The notes under the pieces were generated by a model that searched no databases, was not told the DNA's origin, and saw only the letters and a list, made by a program, of their open reading frames with translations. DNA of 64,000 nt from the human T2T-CHM13v2.0 reference genome, Homo sapiens, in NCBI RefSeq assembly GCF_009914755.1, contig NC_060931.1; one strand, 5' to 3'. Made by a program: the position numbers and the translations under genes. Position 1 is the stretch's first letter. The number at the start of each line of letters is the position of its first letter. Positions 39,541 through 53,460 of this stretch are shown in pieces.

Positions 39541-41711
39541 CAAGATAAGTGTCCTGATTTCTGGGGGAGACTGATTCACAAACAACTAAAAGAAAACATG
39601 ACCACTGCTACAAGGTCGGTGTGAACAAAGCACTTAGAGGGGGTATGCAGTGATCTAGAATCATTTCTGAGATCCCCCTGAGTGAATATTCTGAACTGGC
39701 AGGGGTGACCTTCTAAGCTTCCCAAAACCCTGGAGAAGACTGCATTGGGGAGGAAAAGCCCTTCAAGACTTGAGAAGCACTGCAGGTCCAATAAGTTGTA
39801 ATGAATAAACAGGAGTGTGAAAATGTAGCACAAAATGTTCAAGGAACATTTTGGCAAATAAGTCTTTATTGGAAACACATGCACACAACTTGTAAGCACT
39901 GAATTTTAAAAAGCATGACTAACCTAAAGTAATGTCCTGTTGGCTCATCATCTTTAGCCTCTATACAGTTAAGTGTCACTCATTTAAAACAGTATAAAGA
40001 ATAAATCTGTTTGGTTCATGCTGCAGTGTTCAAACAACTTTAGCAGCCAATTAGCAGTATACAAATTTAAAAACATGCACATCGTTTTTATTTGTGTTAT
40101 AACACACACTATGTTTTTCTTAATTATAAAATTGCTAAGATGTATAGATGCATGCTTAATGCAGAAACTAATAAAATGTTTTAAGAATCCAGAGAAGAAG
40201 AAAAATCACTAAAAAATTCCACTACTTGGAGAACAGAGAAAACTTCACTGTTAATATAACTTTTTTTGTGTCTTTTTAGTCTGTCTTTTAAAAATTACGT
40301 ATTTTATTATATTTGGATGTATAAGTATATTTAAGTAAAAGTGGTTATTATTCTGTACACATTATTTTGTAGCTCTTTTAAAAACATGTAACAATTCATT
40401 ATCAACATTTTGCCACTAATAAAATTCTGCAATATGACTTTTTTTATACAATGAGATTTTTAATGGCTGCATGGTTTTTCACCCTGGGACATGCCATAAT
40501 TATTATTATTCAGTTTTAGTTGTGTTACTTTGGCACTTATACTACAGGTCTAGTTCTTGTTTGTTTAAAGGTAGAGTAGATTAAAAGGGCTTGTTAATAT
40601 CATACCAAAGCATGGGTTAGGCAGTATGAATCCACATGACTGCACTAACGTTGATTCCATGTGTATGATGCCTATAGATGTAAGTTGGTTCTACATAAGA
40701 ATGACCATTCTTTAGATTTTATTAGGCTACTTAAATTTTTTTTTTGTTTAGCAAATGGCTTTTCTTTTAAATCTCCAATATCTAGACACAATTGGAATTC
40801 TGAACCAATGAACACTGAGTTAACGACTTAAAAAACAAAATCTTGCCCAACATCTCATGACCTTCAGTAATTCAACCACGAGTTAGGTTGTTGGGCATTG
40901 TGAACCTGTAATAAGCATGACTGGGGAACCCCTCTCAGTCTTTAGCCAACCTTTATTGCAATACCTAATTTCAAAGGTGAAGTACATTCAGCTACGTCAG
41001 GAACTCTGGTCCCAAATAATCATAAGATATAGTCCCAATTCCAGAGGATTATATAAATAAATAAATTACAACATTAAATGAGGTAAGAAAAAAACACCTT
41101 TCCTACAGAATCACAAGAAGTGTTTTCATCAAAGACATTTCAAAGGACTCTCTACGTAAGCTTATGATCTGTTCTATCTCAGTTTATAGTATCGTGAGGC
41201 ATACTCTTAAATTAGCTCAAGATTTTAATCTAAATTATTCTGTACCATATATGACTCAAATATTTCACAGTAACCCTAGTGATGCAATGCAATGAAACTA
41301 CAGATACCACCAATTAAGGCTCTTTCAGTTAAACGCAGGTTTAAAAGTTTCCCTTTTTATGTTATACGGCACAGTCTGGTATAAAAAGTTTGAACATTTA
41401 GTCATACTTATGATAAACAGTCACTTGGGACCCTCACTCTATCTTTTTAAAACATGCGACTCGCAAGCATGTTTCAACAGGACACCATTGTGGAATGAAG
41501 TCTGGCTCCGAGAGATCTTAGGTGGGGCTTTATCTTGGCAATGCCCCTAAAAAGACTCTGGACCTTTCTGAATACAAGAAATCCTTGAAGTCTTGTAATT
41601 GTTTCTCTTAGGTGTTCCAGAGCTCTAATCCTCTTATTTAAAATCAAGACAAACAAGCAAACTAAAAAACGACTTCAGGCTTTTCTAATGGGAAAAGGTT
41701 GATCATGGGGC

Positions 41712-42015
41712 CTTCTTTTCTTTTTCTTTTCTTTTTAGAGGCAGGGTCTTGCTCTGCCACCCAGGCTGGAGTGCAGTGGTGCCATCATATCATAGCTCAC
41801 TGCAACCTCTAATTCCTAGGTTCAAACAATACTCCTGAGTAGCTGGGACTACAGGTGTGTGTTACCATGCCTGGCTACTTTTTAAACTTTTTGTAGAGAC
41901 AGGGTCTTGCTATGTTGCCCAGGCTGGTCTTGAATTCCTGGCCTCGAGCCATGAATCCTTCCGCCTTGGCCTCCCAAAGTGCTGCAATTACAGGTGTGAG
42001 CCACTGCACCTGGCC
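41712..42015 (-). mobile_element. AluJ
   Basis: Antisense Alu; TSD-like gggccttctttt / gggccttatttt. Confidence 0.9.
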
Positions 42016-42499
42016 TGGGCCTTATTTTCTCATTACAAGAAAGTATGATTATTTCCAAAAGACACTAAAAACACCCAAGTCATATCATAAGTCACAGAAT
42101 GACAACTTTAAATAGACAATTCTGGATATAGGGATATATCTTGTGATATATTCACATCCTCAAAGTTTTAGCACCAAAAATGTATAATCCTCAGTTTATT
42201 TAAAAATTAAAAACAGGACATATCCAACTTGTAGGCAAAGATAATCTATTTTTCTCCTTATACTCTGTAAACCTCAGTCTTTTCAAATTTGTTATTCAAG
42301 TTTTCACAGAACTCTCTCCATAGTGGTTTGTCTGTTTCCTATGAAGTGTGTTAGAGGAGGCCACAGACTAAAATGTATCACATATAACAAAGGTTTTTTA
42401 ACACTAAACCAATAAGAACATGTTGAATTAAGGTGAGGGTTACGATTATAGCAACAGAGGGAAAGGTCACCTGAGCCTGCATATAACTTCTCTCGCATG

Positions 42500-42893
42500 T
42501 CTCCCCATGTACCCCTCCCCTCAGTCCTTGACAGCCACCATTCTATTTTCTGTTTCTATGAATCTGACAACTCTACATACCTCATACATGTGGAATCACA
42601 CTGGATTTGTCTTTTTGTGAGTGGCTCGCCTCAGTTAACATAGTTCCTTTAAGGTTCATTCATGTTGTGGTGTGTATCATAATTTCCTTCCTCTTTAAGG
42701 TTAAATAATATTCCATTGTATGTATATATGACATTTTGTTTATCTGGTGATCCATAGATGGGCACCTCAGTAGTTTCCACTTTTTGGCTGCTGTGAATAT
42801 TGCTGCTATGAACACAGGTGTAGAATGATCTCTTTGTGACTCTGCTTTCAATTTTTTTGGATATATACTCAGAAGTGGAATTGCTGGATCTAT
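42500..42893 (-). mobile_element. L1MB-like 3' fragment
   Basis: ORF fragment FIAAIFTAAKKWK..CPS..INKM.YIHTMEYY resembles the L1 ORF2 C-terminus. Confidence 0.88.
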
Positions 42894-44107
42894 TCCCAGA
42901 ATGTTTTAAAACCATGGTTCTCCCATAAAATGTGGTATATTGTTGCTACCTAAGCAATGAAATAGTGACTAACAGCATCGTGTTAAGGTCCTAAAGCGTT
43001 AGCCAAGTGGCTTGATTCACTCCTTGGAGATTCCACCCACTTTTGTCTGCATTCTGGGAGAATCTACACTGCAGGTCCCCACATCAAGCTTGCTGTATGT
43101 ATACAGCTTCTACTCTATTTCAAAACCTGACAGGGTTCCCGTGTGCTTTCATTGATCAATTTGCAATGAGCAATGAACAATGAGCTTCAAAGGCTGTTTA
43201 TAAACAGGTCTCCCCTACTTCTCACTGTGGTCCTCAGGAGGACCCAAAGAATGCTTCATCCAAAATCACAAAGAACAAGACAAACAAATTCTGAGAAACC
43301 AAGAGGAGGGTTCAAGAGGATTCCTTAAAACTTCCATATCACCTGGAAAGTTGTAATGGGTGAATTCAAAGCAAGCCATTAACTGGCAAGCTAAAAGAGT
43401 CACACATGAGCTTTGTTCCACAGCAAAGCATAGTCCAGCAATGCCATAGTACCCGTCTCTTTGCCACTGTGCATGATGAGTCAGGCACACATCACCTCGA
43501 GGCCCCTCAGGAGAAACAAAGGCATGGGCCCTAAATGGAAACACTGGCTTCTAATTTTTACTGCTTCTAGGCAACTGGATAAAAGTGTAATAAAGTGGCA
43601 TTGCATGTAAATTTTAATAATCAAATATGTATTCTGAAATGAGAACAGAACCCACTTTTTATTCATTCCTGGAAGTGATGATAATGCTGAGAAGGTAAAG
43701 AATCAGTCTCAACTAACTGGAAATAAAAAAAAAAAAGATAATAAGTCATTTCCACCAAGCCTGAAAATGTTGGTGTTTGAGGAACAATGTAATGACTTAA
43801 ATGAACAACATGAAAGAATAAATCATTACCTCATCATAATGGCTATTTTTAACCCACTGTGGAAAATCATCAGGAACTGAAACTGCAAATATGCAATGCT
43901 AAACATAATTTCTTCAGAGCAGGAGATAAAAATCAGCACTGGGTAAAGAAGTAAGAAAACATGAAGCCCAAGTTCCTAGGTTGTTGGGTAATGACCCAAG
44001 TGGCTATCATTCTATACACATTGTTTTGTGAGGCTTTTAAAAACATTTTACAATGTGCTGTGAATATTTCCCCATTTCAACACACACTTTTCTATAATGA
44101 AATTTTA

Positions 44108-44385
44108 GGCCAGGTGTGGTGGCCCACACCTGTAATCCTAGCACTTTGGGTGGCTGAGGTGGGAGGATCACTTGAGACCAGGAGTTTGAGACCAGCCTGG
44201 ACAACACAGGGAGACCCTGTCTCTACAAAAAACAAAAAATTAGTTGGGCATGGTGGCTCATGCCTGTGGACCCAGCTACTCGGGAGGCCTAGGTGGGAAG
44301 ATCACTTGAGCCTGGGAGGTTGAGGCTGCAGTGAGCCGTGATTGCACCACTGCACCCCAGCCTGGGCGACAGCTCTCAAAAACAG
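44108..44385 (+). mobile_element. AluJ
   Basis: Dimeric Alu; TSD gaaatttta. Confidence 0.92.
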
Positions 44386-44479
44386 AAGAAGAAATTTTAA
44401 TAAGCTTTCTAATGGCTGCAATTGGACAAAATACTTTCTTATCTTTCCACATTCTTCCTCTCAATTCCCTCTTTTGAGA

Positions 44480-45035
44480 ATTTTCCCCTCACTCTGTACT
44501 TCCTTCCTCTTCAAATGAGGTAATGCTTAGAGGAGCTGGTTTTCCACAAGAGTAGAACAGATAATTATTTGTGTGATATAGAAGATACTGCTGGTTGTCA
44601 GCCATGAAGACCTGGTCCAGGCCAATGAAGGCAATCACATTTCCTTTTGCTAGGAATTGATCCAGGGATGAACATGACACCCAGTCCTGTATGGGCAAAT
44701 TGGCTAGAGAGTTTCAGGAAGCATTTTCCTCCTTGATAAGAGGTGCACAGTAGAATGCTCTCTGCTGTACTTCCTCATCTCCCATTCCTCACCCACGTCT
44801 TATACTGAATGCTACCGAGCTGTAGCAACCATCTTGAAACATCATCTGTACACATAAAAGGCCAGAGTGTAAACAGGGAAAGAGTCTGGGTCTTTGATGA
44901 CATCAATGAATAGCTGCATCAACTTTAGGGCTGTCTGCCTCCAGCCTTGTAGTTATGTATATAATAATGCCCTTATCTGGATCCACTTTTCATTGAGTGT
45001 TCTGTAATTTGCAGCTGAAAATTATTCTAACAAAT
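44480..45035. mobile_element. MLT1-type MaLR LTR
   Basis: ggccaatga, gcaaccatcttg, gggtctttgatgacatc and ttgcagctgaaa motifs. Confidence 0.65.
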
Positions 45036-45841
45036 CTAACTTAATTAAAATTATATTAACTTAAATATGTTATGAACATTATCTTTCATTTATAGCCACC
45101 ATGATTCACCCCAGGGTGAGGTACAGACCCAATGGGGCCTGTACCAACATTCTTTTCCTGTTGGCAATCATCCCTTTCAGGTGGTTATCCTTTTCTCTTT
45201 GAGGTGTGTACCTCCTTCCATTAATGTTTATAATATCGCCTTTGCCATCACTATCATTTACTGTCAACTCTCTATATTCCCCAGGAACCATGGCTCATCC
45301 TGTTTACCCCACACTCAACGTCTTCCTGCAGGACTCCAACATCACTAGGATGCCCAGCTAATATTAGCTTCAGAACTTTGACTTCTTTAACCTCATCCCA
45401 TTTTTGCCATCTACATAATACTCATGCAGATGGTTAGTCTCTGTTTTCTAAATGGAATGCGAATGCATACAATTTTGTAACTGTCTTTTTCACATCATGC
45501 TGTATACTGAACTCATTTGCATGTAGATCTATTGGCAATGTAGATCTACAGCTTAATTTTTAATGGTTCTATATTTTTCTATTTTTATTTATATTCTATG
45601 ATTAGCAAAAGGGTTTAAGCAGTCATTAAATTACCCACCAATTTTAAATGCCACTATTTCTCATGTTCTAAATTACTTGAAGTTATTTTCTGGACTTTTG
45701 CTCTTTGTTTCTGGCTCTGTTTAGAGTACCTCTCTCCTTTAATTATTAAATATTTAGAGTAAATTTTAACATCTGCAGGGAAAGTTTTCTCTTTCCACTC
45801 TTTATAAAACATTCCTGAATATTTTTTGAAAATAAAAATAT

Positions 45842-45968
45842 GTATTTATTTATTTTTAGAGGCTGGTCTATGTTACCCAGGTTGGCCTCAAATTCCTGGC
45901 CTCAAGTTATTTTCCCACCTCAGCCTGCCAAGTAGCTGGGACTACAGGTGTGCACCATCGTGTCTGGC
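45842..45968 (-). mobile_element. FLAM-type Alu monomer within an old L1M
   Basis: About 125-bp antisense monomer with a (TTTA) tail. Confidence 0.8.
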
Positions 45969-47221
45969 ATTCTTGGATATTCTTATATGTTATGATTATG
46001 AACTGACTTCAGAATCATTTTATTGAGTGCCCACACCTTCCAAAAATCCTTTTAGTATTTTCAATGATTTTTAAAAATTGATAAATTGATTTGGGGATAA
46101 CAGATACCTTTACAATATTGAGTCTTTCCTTTTCTTCATTTACTCAAGTCTTGTTCTGGGCTCCTCAGTAAAGTCGTGTCTTTTTAAATACAATTCCTAC
46201 ACCTCTGAGGCTCCCACTATAGCGGGTCTGGTCCGCCTTCTCCTTCCTCACATATACCATTACCTAGCCTTTCCCCACTGATCTCAGTCCTCAAATCCAT
46301 CTTGTACTCTCTGTCTAGACTGAACCCTTAAAAGTGTAAACCTGATCCTATCAGATAATTCTCCTGCTTCAGCCCCCTCAGCCAAAGCCCACCTAGCTCT
46401 CTGGCCCTGCCTCCTGGTACTCTGTGGATTTCTGCCATCTTTACTCATTTACTGCCCCATGGCCCCAACTCCTGGCAGGGTCCTGCTTAAATTGCTCTTC
46501 CTCTAGATTTATTGGCCTCCCACCACATTGTACTAATGGGTGTCAATAAATGCTCAATGAGTTTTCATAAAGAAGTGAGGGCCCAAACAAAACTAAAAAT
46601 GACCATGAAATCTATGAAGGCCATTAGCTTAAAAAGAACTCACTGACTCCTTTTAGGAGGAATGCGATAAAACTCCAGGGGAATCAGAAAGAGCAGGTTT
46701 GGATTACGGGATAGGGACAAAAGAGGCATGGCATATAAATCAGTATTCGTACCTTTTAGCCATTAAAACATGTTCATATGTGTTGAGACTTTGGGCTCAT
46801 TATTTTAGAAATATAAAACTCCCATGACTATAATGAACACTGACACACTGAACAAAAACAATGAAGGATGCTTCCTATCTTACCATCTCTTTCAGAAGCA
46901 ACTTGCCCAGGGGTCAAGAGACATGGATTTCAGCACATTGTTCCACAGCTTGGGGTAGGACTAGCTTAAGTACCTTATCCTCTCCCATCTCTAAGAGAAG
47001 TATTCCACAGATCAAATCACTTTGCCTGAGTCTTCACTTGGATGCAGAATTGGACTATTGGCCAAATCCCCTAATACTACTTTAATTTCATATGATCATA
47101 TCAGAGTTTCTCAAAGTACAGTCTCTTACTCCAGTGTTACTAAGTTCCGTTCAACTCAGCCACTAGTCAGTTGATTAAGCAAGTTCCACCTTCCTTCTTA
47201 TCATTTTTGTAATAGTACAGA

Positions 47222-47418
47222 TTTTTTATTTCATTTTTTACTTTTGTCAACTTTTATTTTAGAATCGGGGGTATATGTGCAGGTTTGTTATAAAGGTATA
47301 TTTCATACCTTTGTATGTCTAAGGGTGTAAATGATTCCATCACCCAGGTAGTGAGCACAGTATCCAATAGGTAGTTTTTCAGCTCTTCCCCGCTCCTCTA
47401 GTAGTCCCCAGTGTCTAT
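47222..47418 (-). mobile_element. L1PA16/L1PB-like 3'-end fragment
   Basis: aacttttattttaga..gggtatatgtgcaggtttgtta..cacccaggtagtgagcacagta. Confidence 0.85.
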
Positions 47419-48259
47419 GAAGTCCCAATTTTTTGGAGCCTCAGGTTTTCACTTATAAAAACCAGAATAAATCCTGCCCTGCCTCTGTCATAGAACTGTG
47501 GAGAGAACCTAGACATTTGATTATTTTATATTATAGATTTGATTTGTTTTTTAAACTGCCAAGCGCTATCCAGCTAGATTGCAAATTCCTTGAGGAACAG
47601 GAATGCAATGCATCTTTATATTCTCCAAGAATCGAACAAGGCACGTTATACATAGAAATCTTTTGGTTTTACTTGATTGGATGAATCACCCAATAGTCTA
47701 TAGATATGCATTAAGATGAATTATAGTGACCTTTGCTCTTGGTTTTGTGTACAGGAGTTATAGAACATTCTCACCGATTAAACTGATTCCTGAGTCTTTC
47801 TTTAGCAAAAAAGCCATAATCCTGCATTGTGGCTTATTGGTTATTCACTAAGAATTTACTGACTGCTTGCCAAGTGGAGGCATAAAAGTATTAAAAAAGT
47901 TTCTTTTGGGTACGTATAAACCTAAGTGAGTCACTTAGACATGAGATGTAAATTTCCATTTTTGAAGGCAGTATGATTTAAAAGAAAGAGCACTGGGTTT
48001 TGAGCTAAAAGCTTTGGATCCAAATTTGTACTTGCAAGTTAGATAATCTAAGACAAGTCACTTGCAACTTTCGTGGGCCTTGCTTTTCACATCTATTTTT
48101 GAGAAAATGACCCCACAAAAAGATTTAAACAAGATATATTATAGATTATGTAATATATATTTATATATGATTATGTGTATTATGGTTATATATATGACAT
48201 AGGATATTATGCTTAAGCACTTTATTTATTGTAAAGTTCATACACATAATAAATTGCTA

Positions 48260-48880
48260 CCACTTATTCAAAAGAACTATGAAGTCCCTACTATGTGTAA
48301 GGCATTGTGTCAGGTGATGCTACACGGAAGCACCTGAATAGAGTGTCCCAAGGAGCTCTTACTCTAGCAGGGAGAAAAGAATATGTACCTACATACTTCA
48401 TGTCAGTATGTGCCAAGGACCACAAATGGCACAAGAGCGCTAGGCACTGAGTAAGCACCAAGGAGGGAGCAGCATCTAAGCCAATCTGGGAGGAAGGCTG
48501 GTATTAGTTTTGGTGTGGGGAAGCATCTGTCATGGAGGACACTAATAGAGGAGGAGGAAGTGCTTACGTGTTTGTACACCAGCTATAGCTCCAGCAGGCA
48601 GGGTCCTAAAGAGGGCACACTGCTAAATGGGACCACACTGCAAAGGGATTTATTGCTGGTGGACACAGGGAGTCTATAGTGTTTTATCTTATATTCAGTG
48701 GGTAAGTAGTAAAAATGTGTAAAACCATGGCATGTTATTATTGACATTTTAGCATACATAATGGATGGGAGGTGGTGTAAGGAGGCTATGATACTATTCT
48801 GAACATATGATAGAGAAGGTCTAAATTAGAATATTGAAACAAAAAGCAAGGGGAAAAGCAATTCAAGAGACAAATGTGAT
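48260..48880 (-). mobile_element. L2 fragments
   Basis: cctactatgtgtaaggcattgtg and caaggagctcttactctag motifs. Confidence 0.6.
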
Positions 48881-48944
48881 ATATTAATATTTGTTCTCAC
48901 AGTTCAATTTTAATGGCCCATCTTTGGAGAGCTCCGCTACATTT

Positions 48945-49180
48945 CCAGGTTGCACACTGTGTGATCTTGGGCCTGTTATTTAATCTTCCCTCCGCTAGCA
49001 TCTAACCTTCGTTTCTTCATCTGTAAAATGGGGACAACACTTTCTTGTAGGGTGGCTACAAGAACTAAAAATAATGTGTAAACCTCCCAGTTTGGGTAAA
49101 CAATGTGTAAACCTCCCAGTTTGGGTAATGGGTTCAGCACTGGTGCCACTAAATGAAGATGAGGCTGTGATAATACTATA
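48945..49180 (+). mobile_element. MIR with an internal perfect tandem duplication (49073-49128)
   Basis: ctgtgtgatcttgggc..gtttcttcatctgtaaaatgggga MIR core. Confidence 0.8.
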
Positions 49181-50330
49181 AGTTCAGATCCACTGAATTT
49201 TCCCCAGTTAGTATGTGGATAGCCTTCTATCTTCCCTAACACTCTATTAAGATCAACAAACACAACTTATAATATAATCCTTAAAATATCTGTTGTTTTA
49301 ATTAAATCAAATGTTATGTGGTCTGTTCTTAATTTTGAAAGTCTAGGTCCTTAGAAATTATCTGTTATTATTCATTGAATGTATTACATGTTTCATTTTG
49401 TAAATGACCCAACTTGCTAAAATGGTTTTAAGTTGCTTTTTCCCTATACCTGGACAGATTTTTCTGTAGGCCTCTCTGACTATTGAGATTTCCCGAAACT
49501 GTCCTTAGGTGCTTTTTATAGGATAATAACCGGATACTATAAGCATGAAATATACCATTTTACTTAATCAACATATATATTCTGAAGCTACTACCAAAAC
49601 GGGAAAAACATTACAAATGAACTTTCTTACATAGTTAACTCTGGTTGCTTTCTCAACTTAACAAATAAGAACTAGAATTTGTGACATTATTTCCTTATGT
49701 TATCCATTAATGCTGAACTGTGTGCATTCCAATACAGAGAGGGGGAGAGGAGCAAACAAGGACTCTGAAAAGAACACTTAGCTTCATTTGGTCAAAAAAT
49801 GGTCTTTACAAGGGTTTTTATTATGGGTCATAAAACATGCTTACCACAATGTACCTCCTTGAAAAAGAAAAGAAACCCTTGTAGTGGTGAGAAACTGAAA
49901 ACAACACACTGAAAGTCCTTGTGCCTCCTTCCCATAAACACATCTGTGCATATTATCTGTTTTGGGTAGAGTTGCACGCACAGCTGCTTATGGGGACTCC
50001 ATAGAGGTGGGACTTCAACATTTTTTATTTTGTGTTGTTGCAAGGACTGACTTTTTAAACTGAAGTCAGTTATGATAGAGGTAGCCAATGTATCTCCAGT
50101 GGAAGGAGGACCATGTACTCCTCACTAACAACTTCTTCAATCTGCTGGAGGAAGAGGATCTGGGTGGTCACAACTAGTCAGGAAAAGCATGGAGGTGCAG
50201 AGGAAGGGGGATCTTCAGGCCAAATGGAACTGAAGAGCTACCCACCAAGGCAAAACTGAGAACTGGGTTAACGATCTAATGACTCTTACAAAGAAGAATT
50301 TATCCAGCTAATGTTAAAATTGGTATCACA

Positions 50331-50628
50331 GGCCAGCACAGTGGCTCACGTCTGTAATCCCAGCACTTTGGGAGGCCATGGCAGGCAGATCATCTGAGAT
50401 CAGGAGTTTGAGACTAGCCTGACCAACATGGTAAAATCCTGTCTCTACTAAAAACACAAAATTAGCTGGGCATGGTGGTGCATGCCTGTAATCCCAGCTA
50501 CTAGGGAGGCTGAGGCAGGAGACTCGCTTGAACCCTGGAGGTGGAGGTTGCAGTGAGCCAAGACCGGCCACTGCACTCCAGCCTGGGCAACAAGGGCAAA
50601 ACTCCATCTCCGAAAAAAAAAAAAAAAA
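50331..50628 (+). mobile_element. AluSp-like
   Basis: CCTGACCAACATGG and GGCAACAAGxGCAAAAC; TSD aaaattggtatcaca / aaaattggtattaca. Confidence 0.94.
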
Positions 50629-51726
50629 TTGGTATTACAATAGGAATTGCCCAGGGAAACATGGGCATCCCTATAGATGGGAAACTCTTAGTGTTCAGCA
50701 TAATAGAGTACAGGTATCCAAGTTTTTGCATTGCAAATACAATTTATGTATTCAGTGCTACTCTGATTTAGGGATACCCCTGTCTAAAATGTCTTGAACT
50801 AGTTGTTTTCTTAAACGTGCGCCTCTTGCCTTCAAACTTTTCCTGGCCCACCTAAAACCCCCAGTCAGCTTTTGGTATTATTCTTTTTCCAGGCACCAAA
50901 AATTGGCTTCCACTTTTTCTTATACTGGTCCTCTAAGGCCTAATCTCAGAACAATTTGCACATCTCTACAATTAGGACTGCTGAGAGAAAATGTTCATAA
51001 CAAGTCTGAAGTGGTTGCACATCATGGTCTCTAACTTCATCTGGGCTTTCGGTACTGCCTTCTCTGGGTCTCTAGTAAGCTCCCTTTGCTATTGTCTATA
51101 ATGGCTACCAAAAACATTCACCATTTGTTTGTGTTTCCATAATTACCTTTGCAATTATACTTCTCAAGACTGTCTTAAATTTTAAATTCTGCCTCCACCC
51201 CTCATCTCCCATTCATTTGTGGCTTCAACATTTAGTCACATTCTGAGGCATCCCCAGTCATAAGGCAGCTGGGGCTGCTCTCCCAAGCTCCAGATGTGCA
51301 AACTTCTGCATGTGCAAATGTACACATGCTTCCTGCTATGTTTTTTAGAATAGTCCCTGGTAACTGTAATCTCCATCTGTTCCAAAATAATAATACAGTT
51401 TCTTTACTCCCACCAAAACCTGTCCTTCCATCTGTATTTCTTATCTGGTATAATGGTACCACCATCCACCCAAATGATCAATTCAGAAATCTGACAGACA
51501 TTTTAGATTCTTTCTCTCCTCCCAAACACATATCTAACAAGTCACGAAATCATGGTAATTATAGTTCCTACATTACCTTTCAAATAAGCCCTTCTCTCCC
51601 ATCTCCATGGCCCTTGCCAAGTAGTCAGTATCTCTTGCCTGGATTACTACAATGGTGTTCCGACACAAAGAACTCCTGTCTTTAGATTTTTGCATCTTTA
51701 ATCTTTTCTCCACTGCACTAAGTGGT

Positions 51727-52029
51727 ATTTATTTATTTATTTTTTTGAGACAGGATCTCACTCTGTTGCCCAGGCTGGATGGAGTGCAGTGGTGAAGCTC
51801 ACTGCAGCTTCAAACTCCTGGGCACAAGCAATGCTCCTTCCTCAGCCTCCTGAGTAGCTGGGACTATAGGCACATGCCACTATGCTCAGCTAATGTTTTA
51901 TTTTTATTTTTGTAGAGACAGAGTCTTGCTATGTTGCCCAGGCTGGTCTAAACACCTGGGCTCAAGTAACTCTTCTGTCTTGGCCTCCCACAGCACTGGG
52001 ATTACAGGTGTGAGCCACCATGCCTAGCC
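51727..52029 (-). mobile_element. AluJ inserted in an L2 (~51230-52480)
   Basis: TSD ctaagtggtatt / ctaagtgatatt. Confidence 0.92.
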
Positions 52030-53270
52030 CTAAGTGATATTCCTAAAAGGTAAATCTGAGTCATGCAGAAGTCCCCCACTGTTCACTATAAGACAAAGGT
52101 AAAACTTAGATTGTTACCTAAAGCACTTTAACGTCTGCTTCCTAACTATCTCTGGATTAATTTCCAGCTGTTCCTACATCCCTGTTACTATGCTCTGAGG
52201 GTAACATGCTCTATTATATCTCTGTTCTGTTGCAATGCTATTTGCTTTTCCTGGAATGCTTGCTCCATTGTCCTATCCCCCGATATACACACATCTTCCA
52301 ACATACACATCTTGTCTGTCTGGCTCCTTTCAACTTGTCTTTCAAGGCTTACTTTAAGTAACTTTTGGCCACATCCTGGGCAATTCTCCTTACAGGCACA
52401 GGTTATGTGCCCGCCTCGTATAATCTCACAATGCTCTGAGCATAGTTCTGGCACAGAACTTATTCCACTTTACTCTAACTGTAATGTCACCCTCCCTAGA
52501 TTACAGCCTCCTGATGCTAAGAAAGTAACTGGAAATGGGGGTGGGATGAGAAAAATAAAGAAGCATCCTAGGCATTTTACATACATTATTTTTTTCCCAG
52601 GTACTCTGCATACATTATTTCATTTATTTTTCTCAGCAACCCCTTGAATAAATTCATATTCATTTACTCATTCTACATTTGTATCATGAGCCAACTTGTG
52701 TGGCAGGCTGGAGAACAAGGATGCCTTGTCTCATGGAGCGAACAGTGAAGGCGGGAAACCGAATTTGAGAAGCCAGAAAGGTGCCTAACACACACAAGGC
52801 CCATATCATCAGAAACCTAAGCTCCTCCTCACCTCGTGCCCAGGTACACGTGGCCCCTCTGCAACTCCTCAAGTCTCCAGCCTCAGGCACTAAGTATGAA
52901 AGGAATGACCCAATGCTGCTTTAAAAATATGCTACAACCTTGTAATTCAACTTCTAGGAATTCAGGCTACAAAACCAACAAGTTTACAATGAGTCAATAC
53001 AAAGACATTCAGTGCTGTTTTGCTTGAAAGAGTAAAAAAATGAAGACAGCTAAAATATCCACAATTAGAGGAATAGTTAAATAAACGATGATGTGTCTCT
53101 CTGTATAATATCAAGCAGCAATTAGAAAGAACATGGGCAATTCTGACATGTAAACTAGATAAATCGACAGAGAAAGGAGTAAGGCTTAGAGTGATATATA
53201 CAGCTTGATTCTATTCTGACAAAACAAGAGATATATGTACAGGTTTATGTATGTGTGGCTATGTTTGCAT

Positions 53271-53460
53271 TAGGATGGCCAGATAAAACGTAGGACACTA
53301 AGGTAAATTTGCATTTCTGATAAACAACAAATACTTTTTTAGTTTAAGTGTGTCCCATGCAATATGTGGGACATATTTAAATAAAAAATCATTTGTTGTT
53401 TCTTCGAAATTCAAGTTTAACTGAATGTCCTTATTTTATTTGCTAAATCTGGCAATTTTA
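53271..53460 (+). mobile_element. MER53 palindromic MITE (hAT-Blackjack) within an old L1ME
   Basis: TAGGATGGCCAGATAAAA...TTTGCTAAATCTGGCAATTTTA, with a central TGTCCCA-N9-TGGGACA inverted repeat. Confidence 0.88.
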
